39,723 nucleotides of DNA from Myxococcota bacterium (GCA_023150895.1 JAKLJY010000075.1:1-39723); one strand, 5' to 3'. Shown: positions 8,380-18,634, counted from the first letter of the stretch. Notes: a model not told the origin generated them from the sequence alone. A program made the numbers and translations.

Positions 8380-8982
8380 ATGAGCGCCGCGCTGAAGCCC
8401 GACGTCATCGACTACCTCGCGCTGGAGGCCGCCTCCGCGGACCGCCACGAGTTCTACGCGGGCGAGATCGTGGCGATGGGAGGCGCGCGGCCGCGCCACA
8501 ACGCCGTCGCGATGGAGCTCGCCCTGGCCGTGGGCGGGGCGCTGCGTGGCCGTCCCTGCCTCGTGTTCTCCTCCGATCAGCGCGTTCGGCTCGAAGCCTC
8601 CGACGCCTTCTGCTACCCCGACTTGACCGTCGTCTGCGGTGAGCCGCGCTTCATCGGGCCGGCGCCCGAGTCGCTCGTCAACCCGACGGTCGTCTTCGAG
8701 GTGGTCTCGCCCTCGACCGAACGCTGGGATCGCGGCGGCAAGTTCGGTCACTACCGGGCCTGCCCGTCGCTGCGAACGTACGTCCTGCTCGATCCGCGGT
8801 CGCGGACGGTCGAGTGGTTCGAACGCCCGGCCGGGGACGACGCTCCCGGAGGAGCGTGGGTCTATCGCGCGATGACGGGAGAAACCCCCGCGCGCCTCGA
8901 CGCGCTCGGCGTCACCCTCGTGCCCGCGGCGCTGTTCGCCGTGCTCGATCGCCTGCCACCCGAGGACGACGCCCCGGGCTGA
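8380..8982 (+). CDS. Uma2-family (DUF820, PD-(D/E)xK-like) putative restriction-endonuclease-fold protein
   Basis: About 200 aa with the family-typical pattern YELIDG-like …EFYAGEIVAMGGARPRHNAV… and VVFEVVSPSTERWDRGGKFGHY (catalytic E-V-x-S…D…K). Start at MSAALKPDVIDYL, set by frame arithmetic. Confidence 0.6.
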   Translation: MSAALKPDVIDYLALEAASADRHEFYAGEIVAMGGARPRHNAVAMELALAVGGALRGRPCLVFSSDQRVRLEASDAFCYPDLTVVCGEPRFIGPAPESLVNPTVVFEVVSPSTERWDRGGKFGHYRACPSLRTYVLLDPRSRTVEWFERPAGDDAPGGAWVYRAMTGETPARLDALGVTLVPAALFAVLDRLPPEDDAPG

Positions 8983-9079
8983 CGCCGGCACCCCGGCCGC
9001 TCGCCCGCCTTGAATTTCCCGCGCCGCCGTGCGTCACTCCCCGTGCTGGCGTTGAACGGTCGACCGGAAGGCGGGGCGC

Positions 9080-10405
9080 ATGCGCCGAGGAGAACGCTCG
9101 AAAAACCAGGCATCGGCGGGGTCGTCGGGGAGGGCGCTCGCTCTCGCCGCCGCGGTGTCGTTCGCGCCCGCGAGCGCGGCCGGCGCCGAAGAACCCGACT
9201 GCCAGCCCGAGTACCCGGCGGGCACCTGGCACTTCGCCGTCGGGTACGCCGAGCGGGCGGCGTCGGCGCTCGCCGCCGAGCAGGCCGCGCGAGACGACGC
9301 CGGCCGCCGGCTCATGGAGCGCATCACCGCGCCCTTCACCCCGGCGCAGCGGGACGTCATCCGGGCGGCCATCGACACGTCGTACTCCAAGCCCCGCGTC
9401 CTGCCGAACCCCGCCGGCGGCTTCGATGCCTGCGCGTTTGCCCTCATCCCGGCGTCGGGTCTGTCGGACGACGTCCTGCGGCGCGACGCCGATGCCTTCG
9501 ACGCCGCGCTGCGGGAGCGCTGGGCGGCGCTGCGCGCGGCGGTGGGCGGTTCGAAACCCCTGCGCGTTCGCCTCGACCCGACGACCTGGGGCGAAGATCA
9601 GGACGCCGGCGAGCTCGGGCAGGCGTTCCGGATGCACCTGCGCACGACCGCGCCCGCCGGTACCGTCTTCGTCGACGAGGTGCGGGACGGGCGTGGCGCG
9701 CTCTCCGTGCGCACGCGCCTTTCGAGCGACGGCCGGGGCCTCGCGGCGGAGGTGGCTTACAGGGTCGACCGCGGCTGGGCCGTCGCCGGCGCGCTCGTCG
9801 CGTTCGCGCCGCGCAGCCTCGGTCTGGTCGACGCGCAGCCGCCCGCCGAGTCGTTCTTGTCCGACCGCCGCCTCGGCCTGCCGAACGGCGGCGAGCGCGT
9901 CGGCAAGGGCGGCCTGCGCGTCACGCTCGACGTCCCGCAGGAGGCGGAGATGTGCGAGGGCCGCCGCTACGCCGTGCAGCTCACCGCGAACCGGCCGGCC
10001 TACGTCGTCGTGCTCAGCGTGCTGGACGACGGCCGCGTCGTGCGTGGCTGGGAGACGCCCGAGCCCGTCACCGCCTGGCGCTCCCCCCCCGAGCATGACG
10101 CCGTCGCCGTGCCCGTCGAGGGCGCCAACGGGGTCGCGCTCAGCGACCGCATGGTGGCCATCGCCGTCCCGGCGGCCCTGGGGAGAGAGTCACTGTCGGC
10201 CGCCGTGCCGCCCCCCGCCTGTGTCACCGAGCCGGGCCGCGGCTTCGACGCCGCACGCCTCCCCCCCGAAGCGGCGGTCGCGACGACCCGCGTCGCCGTC
10301 GTCCGGGCCGGCCGTGCCTACTGCCCGCCGCTCTCGACCGAAACGAAACGCCTCGTCACCGATCTGCAGGGCTTCCTGCGCGATGACGGAAACCGCTGCA
10401 AGTGA
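9080..10405 (+). CDS. Secreted hypothetical protein with a DUF4384-like C-terminal region
   Basis: Signal peptide ALALAAAVSFAPASAAGA. The segment RYAVQLTANRPAYVVVLSVLDDGRVVRGWETPEP resembles the DUF4384 β-rich core that is recurrently associated with caspase/FGE-domain proteins. Assignment is tentative. Confidence 0.45.
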   Translation: MRRGERSKNQASAGSSGRALALAAAVSFAPASAAGAEEPDCQPEYPAGTWHFAVGYAERAASALAAEQAARDDAGRRLMERITAPFTPAQRDVIRAAIDTSYSKPRVLPNPAGGFDACAFALIPASGLSDDVLRRDADAFDAALRERWAALRAAVGGSKPLRVRLDPTTWGEDQDAGELGQAFRMHLRTTAPAGTVFVDEVRDGRGALSVRTRLSSDGRGLAAEVAYRVDRGWAVAGALVAFAPRSLGLVDAQPPAESFLSDRRLGLPNGGERVGKGGLRVTLDVPQEAEMCEGRRYAVQLTANRPAYVVVLSVLDDGRVVRGWETPEPVTAWRSPPEHDAVAVPVEGANGVALSDRMVAIAVPAALGRESLSAAVPPPACVTEPGRGFDAARLPPEAAVATTRVAVVRAGRAYCPPLSTETKRLVTDLQGFLRDDGNRCK

Positions 10406-10449
10406 CAGGAGACCGACCCATGACACACCCCGCCTCTGATTCGAAACAC

Positions 10450-11535
10450 ATGGCCCGGCTTGCGCTCGCCGGCCTGATTGCCGTGTCGCTCGGCGCTTGC
10501 GGTGGTCCGCCCGCCGGCGGCGGCCCGCGCTTCACCGACATTCAGCCGAAGAAGAACTTCTACCTGCGGCCGGGGGGCCCCGACAAAGACCCCGGCGCTT
10601 ACCTGGGGCGCTTCGTGCCCGCCGGCACGGCCGACAGTGCCATCGACGACGCCGAAGCCATGCAGACCGAGTGCAGTCAGTACTTCTCCAAGAAGGTCGT
10701 GCCCGCCGGCGGCGTGACGATGAGCGAGTACTTCGCCGTTTCGGGCGGCGGGGGCGCCAGCTTCGGCGTGCCTCCCGTGGCCGTGCAGGTCGGCGGCGAG
10801 CGCACCAACGTCCTGAAGGTCGACTACACGCAGACGGAGAAGTGGATCGCCGAGATCCCGCCCGAGAACCGCGCCAACTTCGACGCCTGCTGCGCCAAGG
10901 CGCCCAGCAACTGCACGGACCGCTACATCGGCGAGTTCCTGGCCGGCACCGGCACGTTCTTCGGCGCGGACGCCTCCAGCGGCGGCGCGCAGGTCGGCAC
11001 GGCCCACGGCAGCGCCGGGTTCACCGACTCGATGGAGTGGCGCCGCGGCATGGAGTTGAAAGAGCCCAACTTCTTCGCGTTCCGGGTCACGCGCCGGGGC
11101 ACCGGCAACGACAACGTCGGTCCCGTCGTCAGTCTGTGCCAGCGCCCGTGGGATCTCGAGATTCCCAAGGGCGTCGAGGGGCAGTATTTCGTCGGCACCT
11201 CCAAGGCCCTCGACGACGAGAGCATGGCCCGCGACGACGCGATGGACAACGCCCGCCGACAGATCGTCAAGTGGCTCGGCGAACAGATCCAGCAGAAGCG
11301 GGTCGAGGTGCAGGGCTTCTCCGGCTCGGGTGCCGACCTCACCACCCGGCTCACCAGCGAGGAGAACATCACCCGCGCCTCGGGCGGCGTCGCCAGCCTC
11401 GTCAAGGACGAGTGCTGGAAGGTCGAGACCTCGACCTCGCCGACGGGCAAGAAGTACCACGTCAAGGCGCTCGCCCTGATCCCCGCCGCCGTGACGGCTC
11501 AGGCCGCCGCGGCGGTGCTCGGCGCGGCGAAGTAG
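10450..11535 (+). CDS. Lipoprotein of unknown function
   Basis: MARLALAGLIAVSLGAC carries the lipobox L-G-A-C. The rest is a Gly/Asp-rich mature protein with no recognisable catalytic motif. Clean ORF; its frame differs from the overlapping Arg-rich artefact ORF 10497..13541. Confidence 0.5.
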   Translation: MARLALAGLIAVSLGACGGPPAGGGPRFTDIQPKKNFYLRPGGPDKDPGAYLGRFVPAGTADSAIDDAEAMQTECSQYFSKKVVPAGGVTMSEYFAVSGGGGASFGVPPVAVQVGGERTNVLKVDYTQTEKWIAEIPPENRANFDACCAKAPSNCTDRYIGEFLAGTGTFFGADASSGGAQVGTAHGSAGFTDSMEWRRGMELKEPNFFAFRVTRRGTGNDNVGPVVSLCQRPWDLEIPKGVEGQYFVGTSKALDDESMARDDAMDNARRQIVKWLGEQIQQKRVEVQGFSGSGADLTTRLTSEENITRASGGVASLVKDECWKVETSTSPTGKKYHVKALALIPAAVTAQAAAAVLGAAK

Positions 11536-11549
11536 CCCCCCCGTCCCGC

Positions 11550-13484
11550 TCACCCCTCGACGGAGCGGCGCAGACGGCCGCGCAGGGCGGCGGGGACGGT
11601 GTGGTTCGTCAGGATGGCATCGGCGAGCAGGACGGCGGTCTCGGCGTCGAGGCCGGCGCGTTCGACGAAGGCCGTGGCGGCGGGCAGGGCCTCGGCGCGC
11701 AGGCCGCCGCGGCGGGCGAGGGTGAGCAGGGCGTCGACCGTGGCGGGGTGGGGGCCGCGGGCCTGCAGCGCGTCGAGGGCGCGGGCCTGCACGGGGCCGG
11801 CGGCGTCGTCGAGGCGGGCGACGAGAGCGGCGGTGGCGGCGGGCTCGGGGCGCTGCGCGAGGGCGTCGACGGCGGCGAGGCGGACGCCGGCGTCGTCGTC
11901 GGCGGCGAGCGCCACGAAGCGGTCGAGATCGACCGGCTGCCGGGCGTTCTGAAGGGCGCGGGCGGCGTGTTTGCGGTCCTCCGGGGTGGCCGCCGCGTCG
12001 AGGGCGCCCCGCAGGGTCTCCACGGCGGCGACGGCGGCCGCGTCCGTCCCGGGACCGCCCGCGTCGCGCAGCCGCGCGCCGGCGACGGCGCCGAGTGTAT
12101 AGGCCGCGGTGTGATGTCGCAGCGAATCACCCGCCGCGTCGGTCAGGCCCCGCGCCGCAAGGGCGAGCGTCGCAGCCTCGGGGTGACGCACCAGGCTCAG
12201 GCGTTGCCACAGGGCCGGCGCAGCCTCCGGATCGGCCGTGGCGGCCCCGGACGTCAGCGCGGTGCGCAGCGCGGCCTGCGCGGCCTCGGTGCCGGCGGCC
12301 GCCAACAGATCGGCGATGAGCGCGCGTTCGGCGGTGCCGGTCGTCTCGGCCTCGAAGCGCCCGGCGAGGGCCGCGCACAGCGCCGGATCGAGCTGCAGAC
12401 GGGCCACGGCACGCCACAGGAACGCCCGGTGATCGGGCCCGGCACCCCGCGCGCCGAAGGCGTCGAGCGCGGCGAGGAGGGCCTCCGCCGTCAGCCCGCC
12501 GGCCTGCCCCTCGGCGGCCCGGCGCGCGGCGTCGTCGGAGAACCGGGGGGCGTCGAGCGTCTCGGCGACGAGGTCGGCCTCGGGGGTCCGCCGGGGGGCC
12601 TCGCGCACGGCGCGCAGGGCGAGGCGGGCGCGGGTCGAAGCGGTCAGAAGCGGCGCGCCGGTCGACAGATGGACGGCGAGGGTCTCATCGACGTCGAGCG
12701 CCGCGAGGTACCCCGCCGGGTCGAGGGCGATCCGGGCGGTGTGTTGCAGGGACGGCGCGGCGGCTGCGCCCGGGGCGTGCCGCAGGCGCTCGATGCGCCG
12801 TTCGCGGTCGTACGTCAGGGGGCCGTCGGCGCGTCGGTAGGTCGACACGAAGCGGCCGAGCTCGGTGTGTTCCTCGCGGTCGAACTGCGCGGCCAGCGCC
12901 CCCGGCGGAATGGACACGCCGAGAGCGCCGACCATGTGTCGCATCATGTGTCGATACTCGGACGGAGTGTCGCGGGTGAATCGCAGCTCGACGAGCGCCC
13001 CGTCCGGTCCGAGCAGCAGGTGGGCCTCGTGCCCGGTCAGCAGCGCGGCGGCGGACTCGGCGTCCCCGAGGAGGGGGCGCCCCTGCAGGGTGGCCGTCAC
13101 GGCGCTCAGCTCGGTGAGGCGCAGCGACACTCGATGGCACTCGTCCTCGCCTTCGCCCTCGCGCCCGAGGCCCTGCAACACGAGCTGCCCGGCGAGGTGG
13201 GCAACGCCCTGCAGTGTCGAGGCGCTCCCGGCCGCCGCCTCGTCGCCGGCTGCGGCCGCCCCGAGGCCGTCGAGGCCGTGCGCCTGCCGCGCCGTGTGTT
13301 CGAAGTCATAGACGAGCACGCGATCCTCGGGGAAAGCGAACCGGAAGGTCGCGGCCTCGGGCGGCCGGACGGCAGCCGGCGAATCCGTCACGCCGCGGCC
13401 GACGACGACGTGCAGCGCGGCGGCGCCGGCGAGGAGCCCGGCGGCGAGGAAGAAGGTCATCAGGGGGGCGGCGTGACGTTTCAT
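11550..13484 (-). CDS. Secreted HEAT/PBS-lyase-like repeat protein
   Basis: Signal peptide MKRHAAPLMTFFLAAGLLAGAAAL. The C-terminal half has repeated (D)xxVRxxAxxALxxxG units (DDDAGVRLAAVDALAQ, AAGPVQARALDALQARG…), typical of HEAT-like repeats. It lies immediately downstream of, and co-oriented with, the 13516..15900 gene. Confidence 0.5.
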   Translation of the reverse strand: MKRHAAPLMTFFLAAGLLAGAAALHVVVGRGVTDSPAAVRPPEAATFRFAFPEDRVLVYDFEHTARQAHGLDGLGAAAAGDEAAAGSASTLQGVAHLAGQLVLQGLGREGEGEDECHRVSLRLTELSAVTATLQGRPLLGDAESAAALLTGHEAHLLLGPDGALVELRFTRDTPSEYRHMMRHMVGALGVSIPPGALAAQFDREEHTELGRFVSTYRRADGPLTYDRERRIERLRHAPGAAAAPSLQHTARIALDPAGYLAALDVDETLAVHLSTGAPLLTASTRARLALRAVREAPRRTPEADLVAETLDAPRFSDDAARRAAEGQAGGLTAEALLAALDAFGARGAGPDHRAFLWRAVARLQLDPALCAALAGRFEAETTGTAERALIADLLAAAGTEAAQAALRTALTSGAATADPEAAPALWQRLSLVRHPEAATLALAARGLTDAAGDSLRHHTAAYTLGAVAGARLRDAGGPGTDAAAVAAVETLRGALDAAATPEDRKHAARALQNARQPVDLDRFVALAADDDAGVRLAAVDALAQRPEPAATAALVARLDDAAGPVQARALDALQARGPHPATVDALLTLARRGGLRAEALPAATAFVERAGLDAETAVLLADAILTNHTVPAALRGRLRRSVEG

Positions 13485-13515
13485 GGTCTGTCTCCTGGCG
13501 GTTTGGGCGAGAGGG

Positions 13516-15900
13516 TCAGTTGCGGTCGAGCAGGTCGTTGACGGCGCCGACGTCGATGAGGCTGACGTCGACGGGGAAGTCAAGGTCGAACAGCGTCTCT
13601 TTCAGCGTCGGGCCGACCCAGCGGAACAGATCGATCTCCGCGCACAGCTCCGTGACCAGGAGTTCGATGCAGCCGAAGAGCTGAATGGCCCCGGAGAGCG
13701 TACGCAGCAGCATGTCGAGCCGCACGCCGCCGTTGAACACGACGTCGGCTGCGGCCGGGATGCCGGGCCGCGCCGCCCGCGGGCGGTACGTCACACCGAC
13801 CTCGCCCACGAGGGGCAGGTGCGCGGTCACGAGCTCCAGGATGCCCTTGATGCCGACGGTGACGATCAGCGCATCGATGTAGACGCGGGCCCAGGCGTTG
13901 GCCTCGGCGTACGGCTCGACGGTGCCCTGAATGTGGGCGCTCGCGCCGGCCGCGCAGATGGACTGCGGGTTGTACGCGGCCGAGAGTGCCAGGTCGACGT
14001 CCGTCTCGAGCCCCACCGCCGCGGAAAGGCCGCCGTCGACGCTGACCGGGACGCCGAGGATGAAGAACGTGACCTTCGGCGCGAACCCGCGCGGCACGAG
14101 GTCCTCGCGGAAGTCAGGAGTGTCGATCACGTTGAAGGTGTGGGCGACGGTCAACTGCTGCGGCGTGCGTTGCGCGGTGTAAACGGAGATGCCCAACAGA
14201 CTCAGCGCGACGTCGACGCCCGTCACGGCCGGGTTGGCGTCGACGCGGGCGTCGACGAGGTCGAGCGTGCCACCCAGGACGCGGGCGCTCGCCGCGAGCT
14301 CGCCGCGCAGGTAGGGCTTGGCCATGCAGACGTCCGGCGCGAAGTCGGTGACGCCCCAGGCCGCTTCGTAACTGTAATTCAGGCCGAAATACTCGTTGCC
14401 GAGCGCGGCCGAGTCGCCGACGGCGTCGTCGGTGCGGACCCGACGCTCGGCCGGATCGACCGGCAGCTCGCCGAGCAGGCGGTTGAGGTACAGCTCGCGC
14501 AGCGCCTGAAAGTACAGTGGGCGCAGTCGCATGAACTCGCGCACGAGGGTCGGCGTGCCTGCGTAGTCCCGCTCGGGGAAACGAATGTTGCCGGCGGCGT
14601 CGCGGATCACGTTGCCGTTCTCGTCGCGGAACCGGGGCGCCGACACGGCGGCGAATTCGTCGCCGATGATGGTCTCGCACGCAGCGGCGGCGCCGTTGCG
14701 CGCCGCGTCGACGGCCGACAGGATGCGGGTGAATGCGGACGGCGCCCAGTCACAGGGCGTCGGCACGCTCGGATCCGCCGGTCGGCAGCCCATCGCCTCG
14801 GCGGCGACGAGCGCGGCTTCGATCTCCTGCTCGAGGAAGGCCCGGCGGGCGCCGAGCTCGTCGAGTTCGAGCGCGGCGAGGTCGCCCGGCGAGAAGCCGA
14901 ACTCGCCCCCGCGGAAGTCGTCGACGGGCGCGACACGCTCCTCGCCGAGCGCGTCGAGCGTCGCGAGCTCGACCTGCGTCAGCCCGGCGAGCAGGGCGCC
15001 GAACCGCCCGGCGAGCGCGTACCCCGCCTCGAGCTGCGCGTCGGTGAAGCCCGCCCGGCGCAGGGCCGCCGACTGATCGCGGTGGTAGGCGAAACTCTCG
15101 ACCGCAAAGGGCTGCGCGGCCTCGTGACACCCGGCGATGCGCAGCGCGGGCACGTTCTCCTCGGAGGCCCGCAGGTGCTGATAGAACGTGTTCTTCGGCA
15201 CGCACGACCGGAAGGGCAGGACGACGGGCACCGCGGCTCCGGTCCGGTCGACGATGGGACGGGTGCCAATCCCGCCGGCGGCGAACGCGGCGTCGACGAG
15301 CGCGCGCGGATCGTTGCGGCTCGCCGCGGGCAGTGCCTCCTCCCAGCGGTTGTAGTCATAGAACGCCTCGAACACATACTCGTCGCAGGTGTCCGAGCGG
15401 GCGCCGTCGCCGCCATACAGGAAGTCGCCGGTCACCCGGAACGCCGGCTGCGCGGGGGCGATGACACCCGGCGGGGCGCCCTCCTGTCGCAGCCGGTTCT
15501 CGTAAAGGCTCAGTCCGCCGTTCAGGTACCGCCCCGAGCCGCTGCGGTCCGTGGCGACGACGTTCTTCACGGGGCCGCCGACGCAGGCCTCGAGCTCGCC
15601 GACGGGGCCGGCGACGGCCGGGTCCCGGCGGGCGCCGCCGCAGAGATCCGCCGGCCGGGTCGGCTGCCCCTGCGCGAGGCGCTGCGCCTCGGTGCGGAAG
15701 AGCGCGTCGCACGTCGCCCGGTTGCGGACGCCGCAGGTCGAGGTCAGGTAGCCGGCGCGCTGGCAGTCCGCCAACTTCGGGACGACACACAGGGTCGGCG
15801 GGCGGATGACCGTCAGCGCGGCGGAGGCCGGGCCGGCGAGGCCGGAAAGGCAGGCGACGCCGGCAAGCAGCGCGAGGGAGGTCGACAGGGGTGACTTCAT
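13516..15900 (-). CDS. Large secreted hypothetical protein (about 795 aa), no recognised domain
   Basis: Signal peptide MKSPLSTSLALLAGVACLSGLAGPASA. Long clean ORF with ordinary composition and multiple Cys pairs. The frame is distinct from the overlapping Arg/Pro-rich artefact ORFs. Confidence 0.55.
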   Translation of the reverse strand: MKSPLSTSLALLAGVACLSGLAGPASAALTVIRPPTLCVVPKLADCQRAGYLTSTCGVRNRATCDALFRTEAQRLAQGQPTRPADLCGGARRDPAVAGPVGELEACVGGPVKNVVATDRSGSGRYLNGGLSLYENRLRQEGAPPGVIAPAQPAFRVTGDFLYGGDGARSDTCDEYVFEAFYDYNRWEEALPAASRNDPRALVDAAFAAGGIGTRPIVDRTGAAVPVVLPFRSCVPKNTFYQHLRASEENVPALRIAGCHEAAQPFAVESFAYHRDQSAALRRAGFTDAQLEAGYALAGRFGALLAGLTQVELATLDALGEERVAPVDDFRGGEFGFSPGDLAALELDELGARRAFLEQEIEAALVAAEAMGCRPADPSVPTPCDWAPSAFTRILSAVDAARNGAAAACETIIGDEFAAVSAPRFRDENGNVIRDAAGNIRFPERDYAGTPTLVREFMRLRPLYFQALRELYLNRLLGELPVDPAERRVRTDDAVGDSAALGNEYFGLNYSYEAAWGVTDFAPDVCMAKPYLRGELAASARVLGGTLDLVDARVDANPAVTGVDVALSLLGISVYTAQRTPQQLTVAHTFNVIDTPDFREDLVPRGFAPKVTFFILGVPVSVDGGLSAAVGLETDVDLALSAAYNPQSICAAGASAHIQGTVEPYAEANAWARVYIDALIVTVGIKGILELVTAHLPLVGEVGVTYRPRAARPGIPAAADVVFNGGVRLDMLLRTLSGAIQLFGCIELLVTELCAEIDLFRWVGPTLKETLFDLDFPVDVSLIDVGAVNDLLDRN

Positions 15901-16118
15901 GGGATGGCAGCTCCTGGGTGCATGGCTCTGAGAGGGCCCGGCGCGGCATGCGTCGGTGTGAAGGAGCCCCTTTTCACGGGGCGTGCCAATGCGTCCCATC
16001 GTCGGAGAACCGCACGGCGGGCGCAGATCGGCCGGCGTCCGCCCCCGCGGGGGACGGGCGCGGCTCGTGTGTCCCATGGGGTGTCACCGGGACACGCGCC
16101 GAGGGATTCAGCGCTGCG

Positions 16119-16628
16119 TCAGGGGGTCGACCGTGTCGAAAGCACCGCCGCGCAGGCCGGGTCGCTCGCGGCGAGCACGGCGAAGCGGTCGCGGGGGTCC
16201 GGCACGCGCCCGCCCGCCTCGACCGCCAGCGCGGCGTTGCGGCAGGCCACCGAGCGCGCACCCGACAGACCCTCGCGGTGGAGCTCCGGCAAGGGGCCGG
16301 GCGTGACGAGAAGCAACGCGGCCTCGAGGAACCCCGCGGCGGCCGCGTCGAAGGCTTCGCGCTCGAAGGCCCGCGCGGCGTCGGCATGCGTCGCCTCGGC
16401 CTGCGCCCAGGACGCCGGGCGGGGGGGCGGCCCGTCCGGGGCGGCGAACGAGAACAGGGACACGCCCGAAGCCGCCGGTGCGAGCGTGTCTGCGGCCGAC
16501 TCGCCCACGGCCGGTCGCGCGCCGCAGCCCGGCGTCGAAGTCAGCGCGAAGGCGGTCGCGAGAACGACAACGAGAACGAAGACCGGGCCGCGCGTCAGTC
16601 CTTCAAGTGTTCGCCGTCGTCGAACCAC
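16119..16628 (-). CDS. Possible small exported protein (GTG start) immediately downstream of the HExxH/PG-binding gene
   Basis: A GTG start gives MVRRRRTLEGLTRGPVFVLVVVLATAFALTSTPGCG…, a positively charged n-region followed by a hydrophobic core. It overlaps the last ~11 codons of the upstream gene in another frame. It could also be a GC-rich artefact. Confidence 0.25.
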   Translation of the reverse strand: MVRRRRTLEGLTRGPVFVLVVVLATAFALTSTPGCGARPAVGESAADTLAPAASGVSLFSFAAPDGPPPRPASWAQAEATHADAARAFEREAFDAAAAGFLEAALLLVTPGPLPELHREGLSGARSVACRNAALAVEAGGRVPDPRDRFAVLAASDPACAAVLSTRSTP

Positions 16629-18634
16629 TTCTTGACCTTGGGATACTGATCCGTGAGGAACTCGGGGTCGTTCTTCCAGAGGGTGAAACACTCGGCGTAC
16701 CACTCGCCCATGCCTTCCGCCTTGGCGTACTGCGTGGGCGGGGTGAGCTTCTCCTTGCCGACGAAGGCCCGAAATTTGGCGAGCCGCTTCGACTCGGACT
16801 TCGCGCCGCCGGTGACCTTGGCGTCGGCCTCCGTCTTGGCCTTTTCCTGAGCTTTGTGCGCGGCGACGCGGGCCTCGCAGGCCGTGCCCCACTCGTCGAC
16901 GCGGTCGTTGGCGTCCTTGAAGAGGCCGAGTGCGGCGTGGGTGGCCGACTTCGCCGTGAGATCCGTGCGGGCGGTGTCGCGTTTCGTTTTGGCCGTCTGT
17001 GCGGCGGTGACGAGCTTGTCGTGCTGCGCGACCGTCGAGTTCTTGGCGACCGCGGCCCAGGCGTTCGTGAGGGCGAGGCTGGCGTTGGCGAAGGCCATGC
17101 CCGTCTTCTGCTGGTCTTTGGGCAACGCGACGAACCCGTCGCGCGCGCTCTTCATGGCGGCGCTCTGCGCCGTGTTCGTCGTGTTGACCTTGTCCACGGC
17201 CGCGTTGTGGGCGGCCATCGCGTCGAACTTCGCGGCCGAGGTCTTGCGCTCCTCGGCGTGCTCGACGGCGTGCCCGACCTCGTGGAGGACGGTGGTGAAG
17301 CTGGCCTCGGCGGCGTCCGTCGCGCCGCCCACGAAGTTCACGCCGTCGCCCGCGAAGGCCGAGTCGGCGATGCTGAGCTTTTCGGCGTGCGTGGCTTTGT
17401 TGGCCCCCGTCGCGACGCCGTGGCTGTAGCTGAACTCACCGGCGAGCGAGTCGCCCTTGGCATTGACGATGGTGGACTCGCGCACGAGGTCGACCCCGGC
17501 GAGCGCGGACTTCTCGGCGCTGCCGACGCGCAGCAACGCGGCGTAGACCTTGTTGAGCTCGGGCAACGTCCACGTCGCCGAGCCGTCGACGACGGCCTTG
17601 AAGCCGAAGTCGGCCATCAGCCCCTTCTTGGCGGCGTCGAGGTCGGCGAACTTCTGTGCCGTGGTGACCTTGCCGGCGCCGATGAGCTTCGTCTCGGCGT
17701 TGCCCTCGCCGTCGAGGCGCATCGTGACCTTGCCATCGGGCCGGGGGCCGCCGCCCTTGGGTGTGTACCCGACCTTGGTCTGCAGGTCGACCTCGCTGGC
17801 GAAGCGCTTCTTCTCGCCGAGCTGCGCGGTGACGTTCAACAGATGCGCCCCGAGCGCGTCGTCGCCGCCATCGACGGCCTTGACCGTCTTGCCGAGATCA
17901 CCGGCCTGCTGCTTGGCCTCGACGTTCTTCTGAACCGTCGCCTTTTTCGTGCCCTCCGCGGGCGGGGTGACCGTCGTGACCGCGGTGTCGTACATGAGCA
18001 CCTTGGCGCCGGCCCCGCCCCCACCGCCGGCCCCACCGCCGCCGCCCTCGGCCTTGCCCACCGAGACGGGGCCGTCGAGCGAGCCCCACGTCTTCGGGCC
18101 GATGATGGCATCGGGCGACAGCGCGTGGTTGTTCTGATACTCGACCGTGGCCGCGCGCGTTTTCGGGCCGAAGAGGCCGTCGACCGCCAGCGCGGGCGTC
18201 GCGCCGTGCGCGTTCAGGCGCTCCTGCGCGTATTCGACCTCGGCCCCGGCGCTGCCCTGCCGGATGACCTTGCGTTTCTCCGGGGGCACGGCCGCCACGC
18301 CCGTCGGCGTCGCCGCGACCTCGGGGGCGGCGGGGGCGTCGGGCACCAGCGCGTTCAAGGGGACGGTCGCGTCGGCGTCCTCGCTCGTGCTGAAGCCGCT
18401 CTCTCCCTGTGCCTCACCCGAGCCGGCCTCCAGCAGGGCGACCTCGTCTTCGGCGTCCGCGGGGCCCGCCGCGGCCCCGGCTTTGGGCGCCTGCGGCCCC
18501 GCCTTGGCGAGCCCGGCCAGGTAGCGCCGCTGGGCGCCGGCGGCGGCCTGGTGCTGCGCGTCGGCCAGGGGGCCGGGCGCGCGGGCCACGCCATTGGGCT
18601 GCTTCAGGGCGGACGTCTCGCGGGTCTTCTGCAC
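16595..18634 (-). CDS. Peptidoglycan-binding-domain protein with an HExxH zinc-metallopeptidase-like domain (Lys-rich, no signal peptide)
   Basis: PG_binding_1-like segment (EVEYAQERLNAHGATPALAVDGLFGPKTRAATVEYQNNHALSPDAIIGPKTWGSL). Gly-rich linker (GGGGGAGGGGGAGA). TTVLHEVGHAVEH is an HExxH zincin motif, possibly DUF4157-like. The protein is strikingly K-rich and R-poor compared with its neighbours, and the N-terminus is not hydrophobic. Confidence 0.6.
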   Translation of the reverse strand: MQKTRETSALKQPNGVARAPGPLADAQHQAAAGAQRRYLAGLAKAGPQAPKAGAAAGPADAEDEVALLEAGSGEAQGESGFSTSEDADATVPLNALVPDAPAAPEVAATPTGVAAVPPEKRKVIRQGSAGAEVEYAQERLNAHGATPALAVDGLFGPKTRAATVEYQNNHALSPDAIIGPKTWGSLDGPVSVGKAEGGGGGAGGGGGAGAKVLMYDTAVTTVTPPAEGTKKATVQKNVEAKQQAGDLGKTVKAVDGGDDALGAHLLNVTAQLGEKKRFASEVDLQTKVGYTPKGGGPRPDGKVTMRLDGEGNAETKLIGAGKVTTAQKFADLDAAKKGLMADFGFKAVVDGSATWTLPELNKVYAALLRVGSAEKSALAGVDLVRESTIVNAKGDSLAGEFSYSHGVATGANKATHAEKLSIADSAFAGDGVNFVGGATDAAEASFTTVLHEVGHAVEHAEERKTSAAKFDAMAAHNAAVDKVNTTNTAQSAAMKSARDGFVALPKDQQKTGMAFANASLALTNAWAAVAKNSTVAQHDKLVTAAQTAKTKRDTARTDLTAKSATHAALGLFKDANDRVDEWGTACEARVAAHKAQEKAKTEADAKVTGGAKSESKRLAKFRAFVGKEKLTPPTQYAKAEGMGEWYAECFTLWKNDPEFLTDQYPKVKKWFDDGEHLKD

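Noticed and set aside
8814-10439. 541-aa Ser/Arg/Pro-rich ORF and its antisense 394-aa ORF over the DUF4384-like gene
   Set aside because: Low-complexity composition. The 9080..10405 frame gives a normal secreted protein.
10497-13541. 1014-aa plus-strand ORF across the lipoprotein and HEAT-repeat genes
   Set aside because: Arg/Gly-rich composition; it overlaps two genes with proper signal peptides in other frames or on the other strand.
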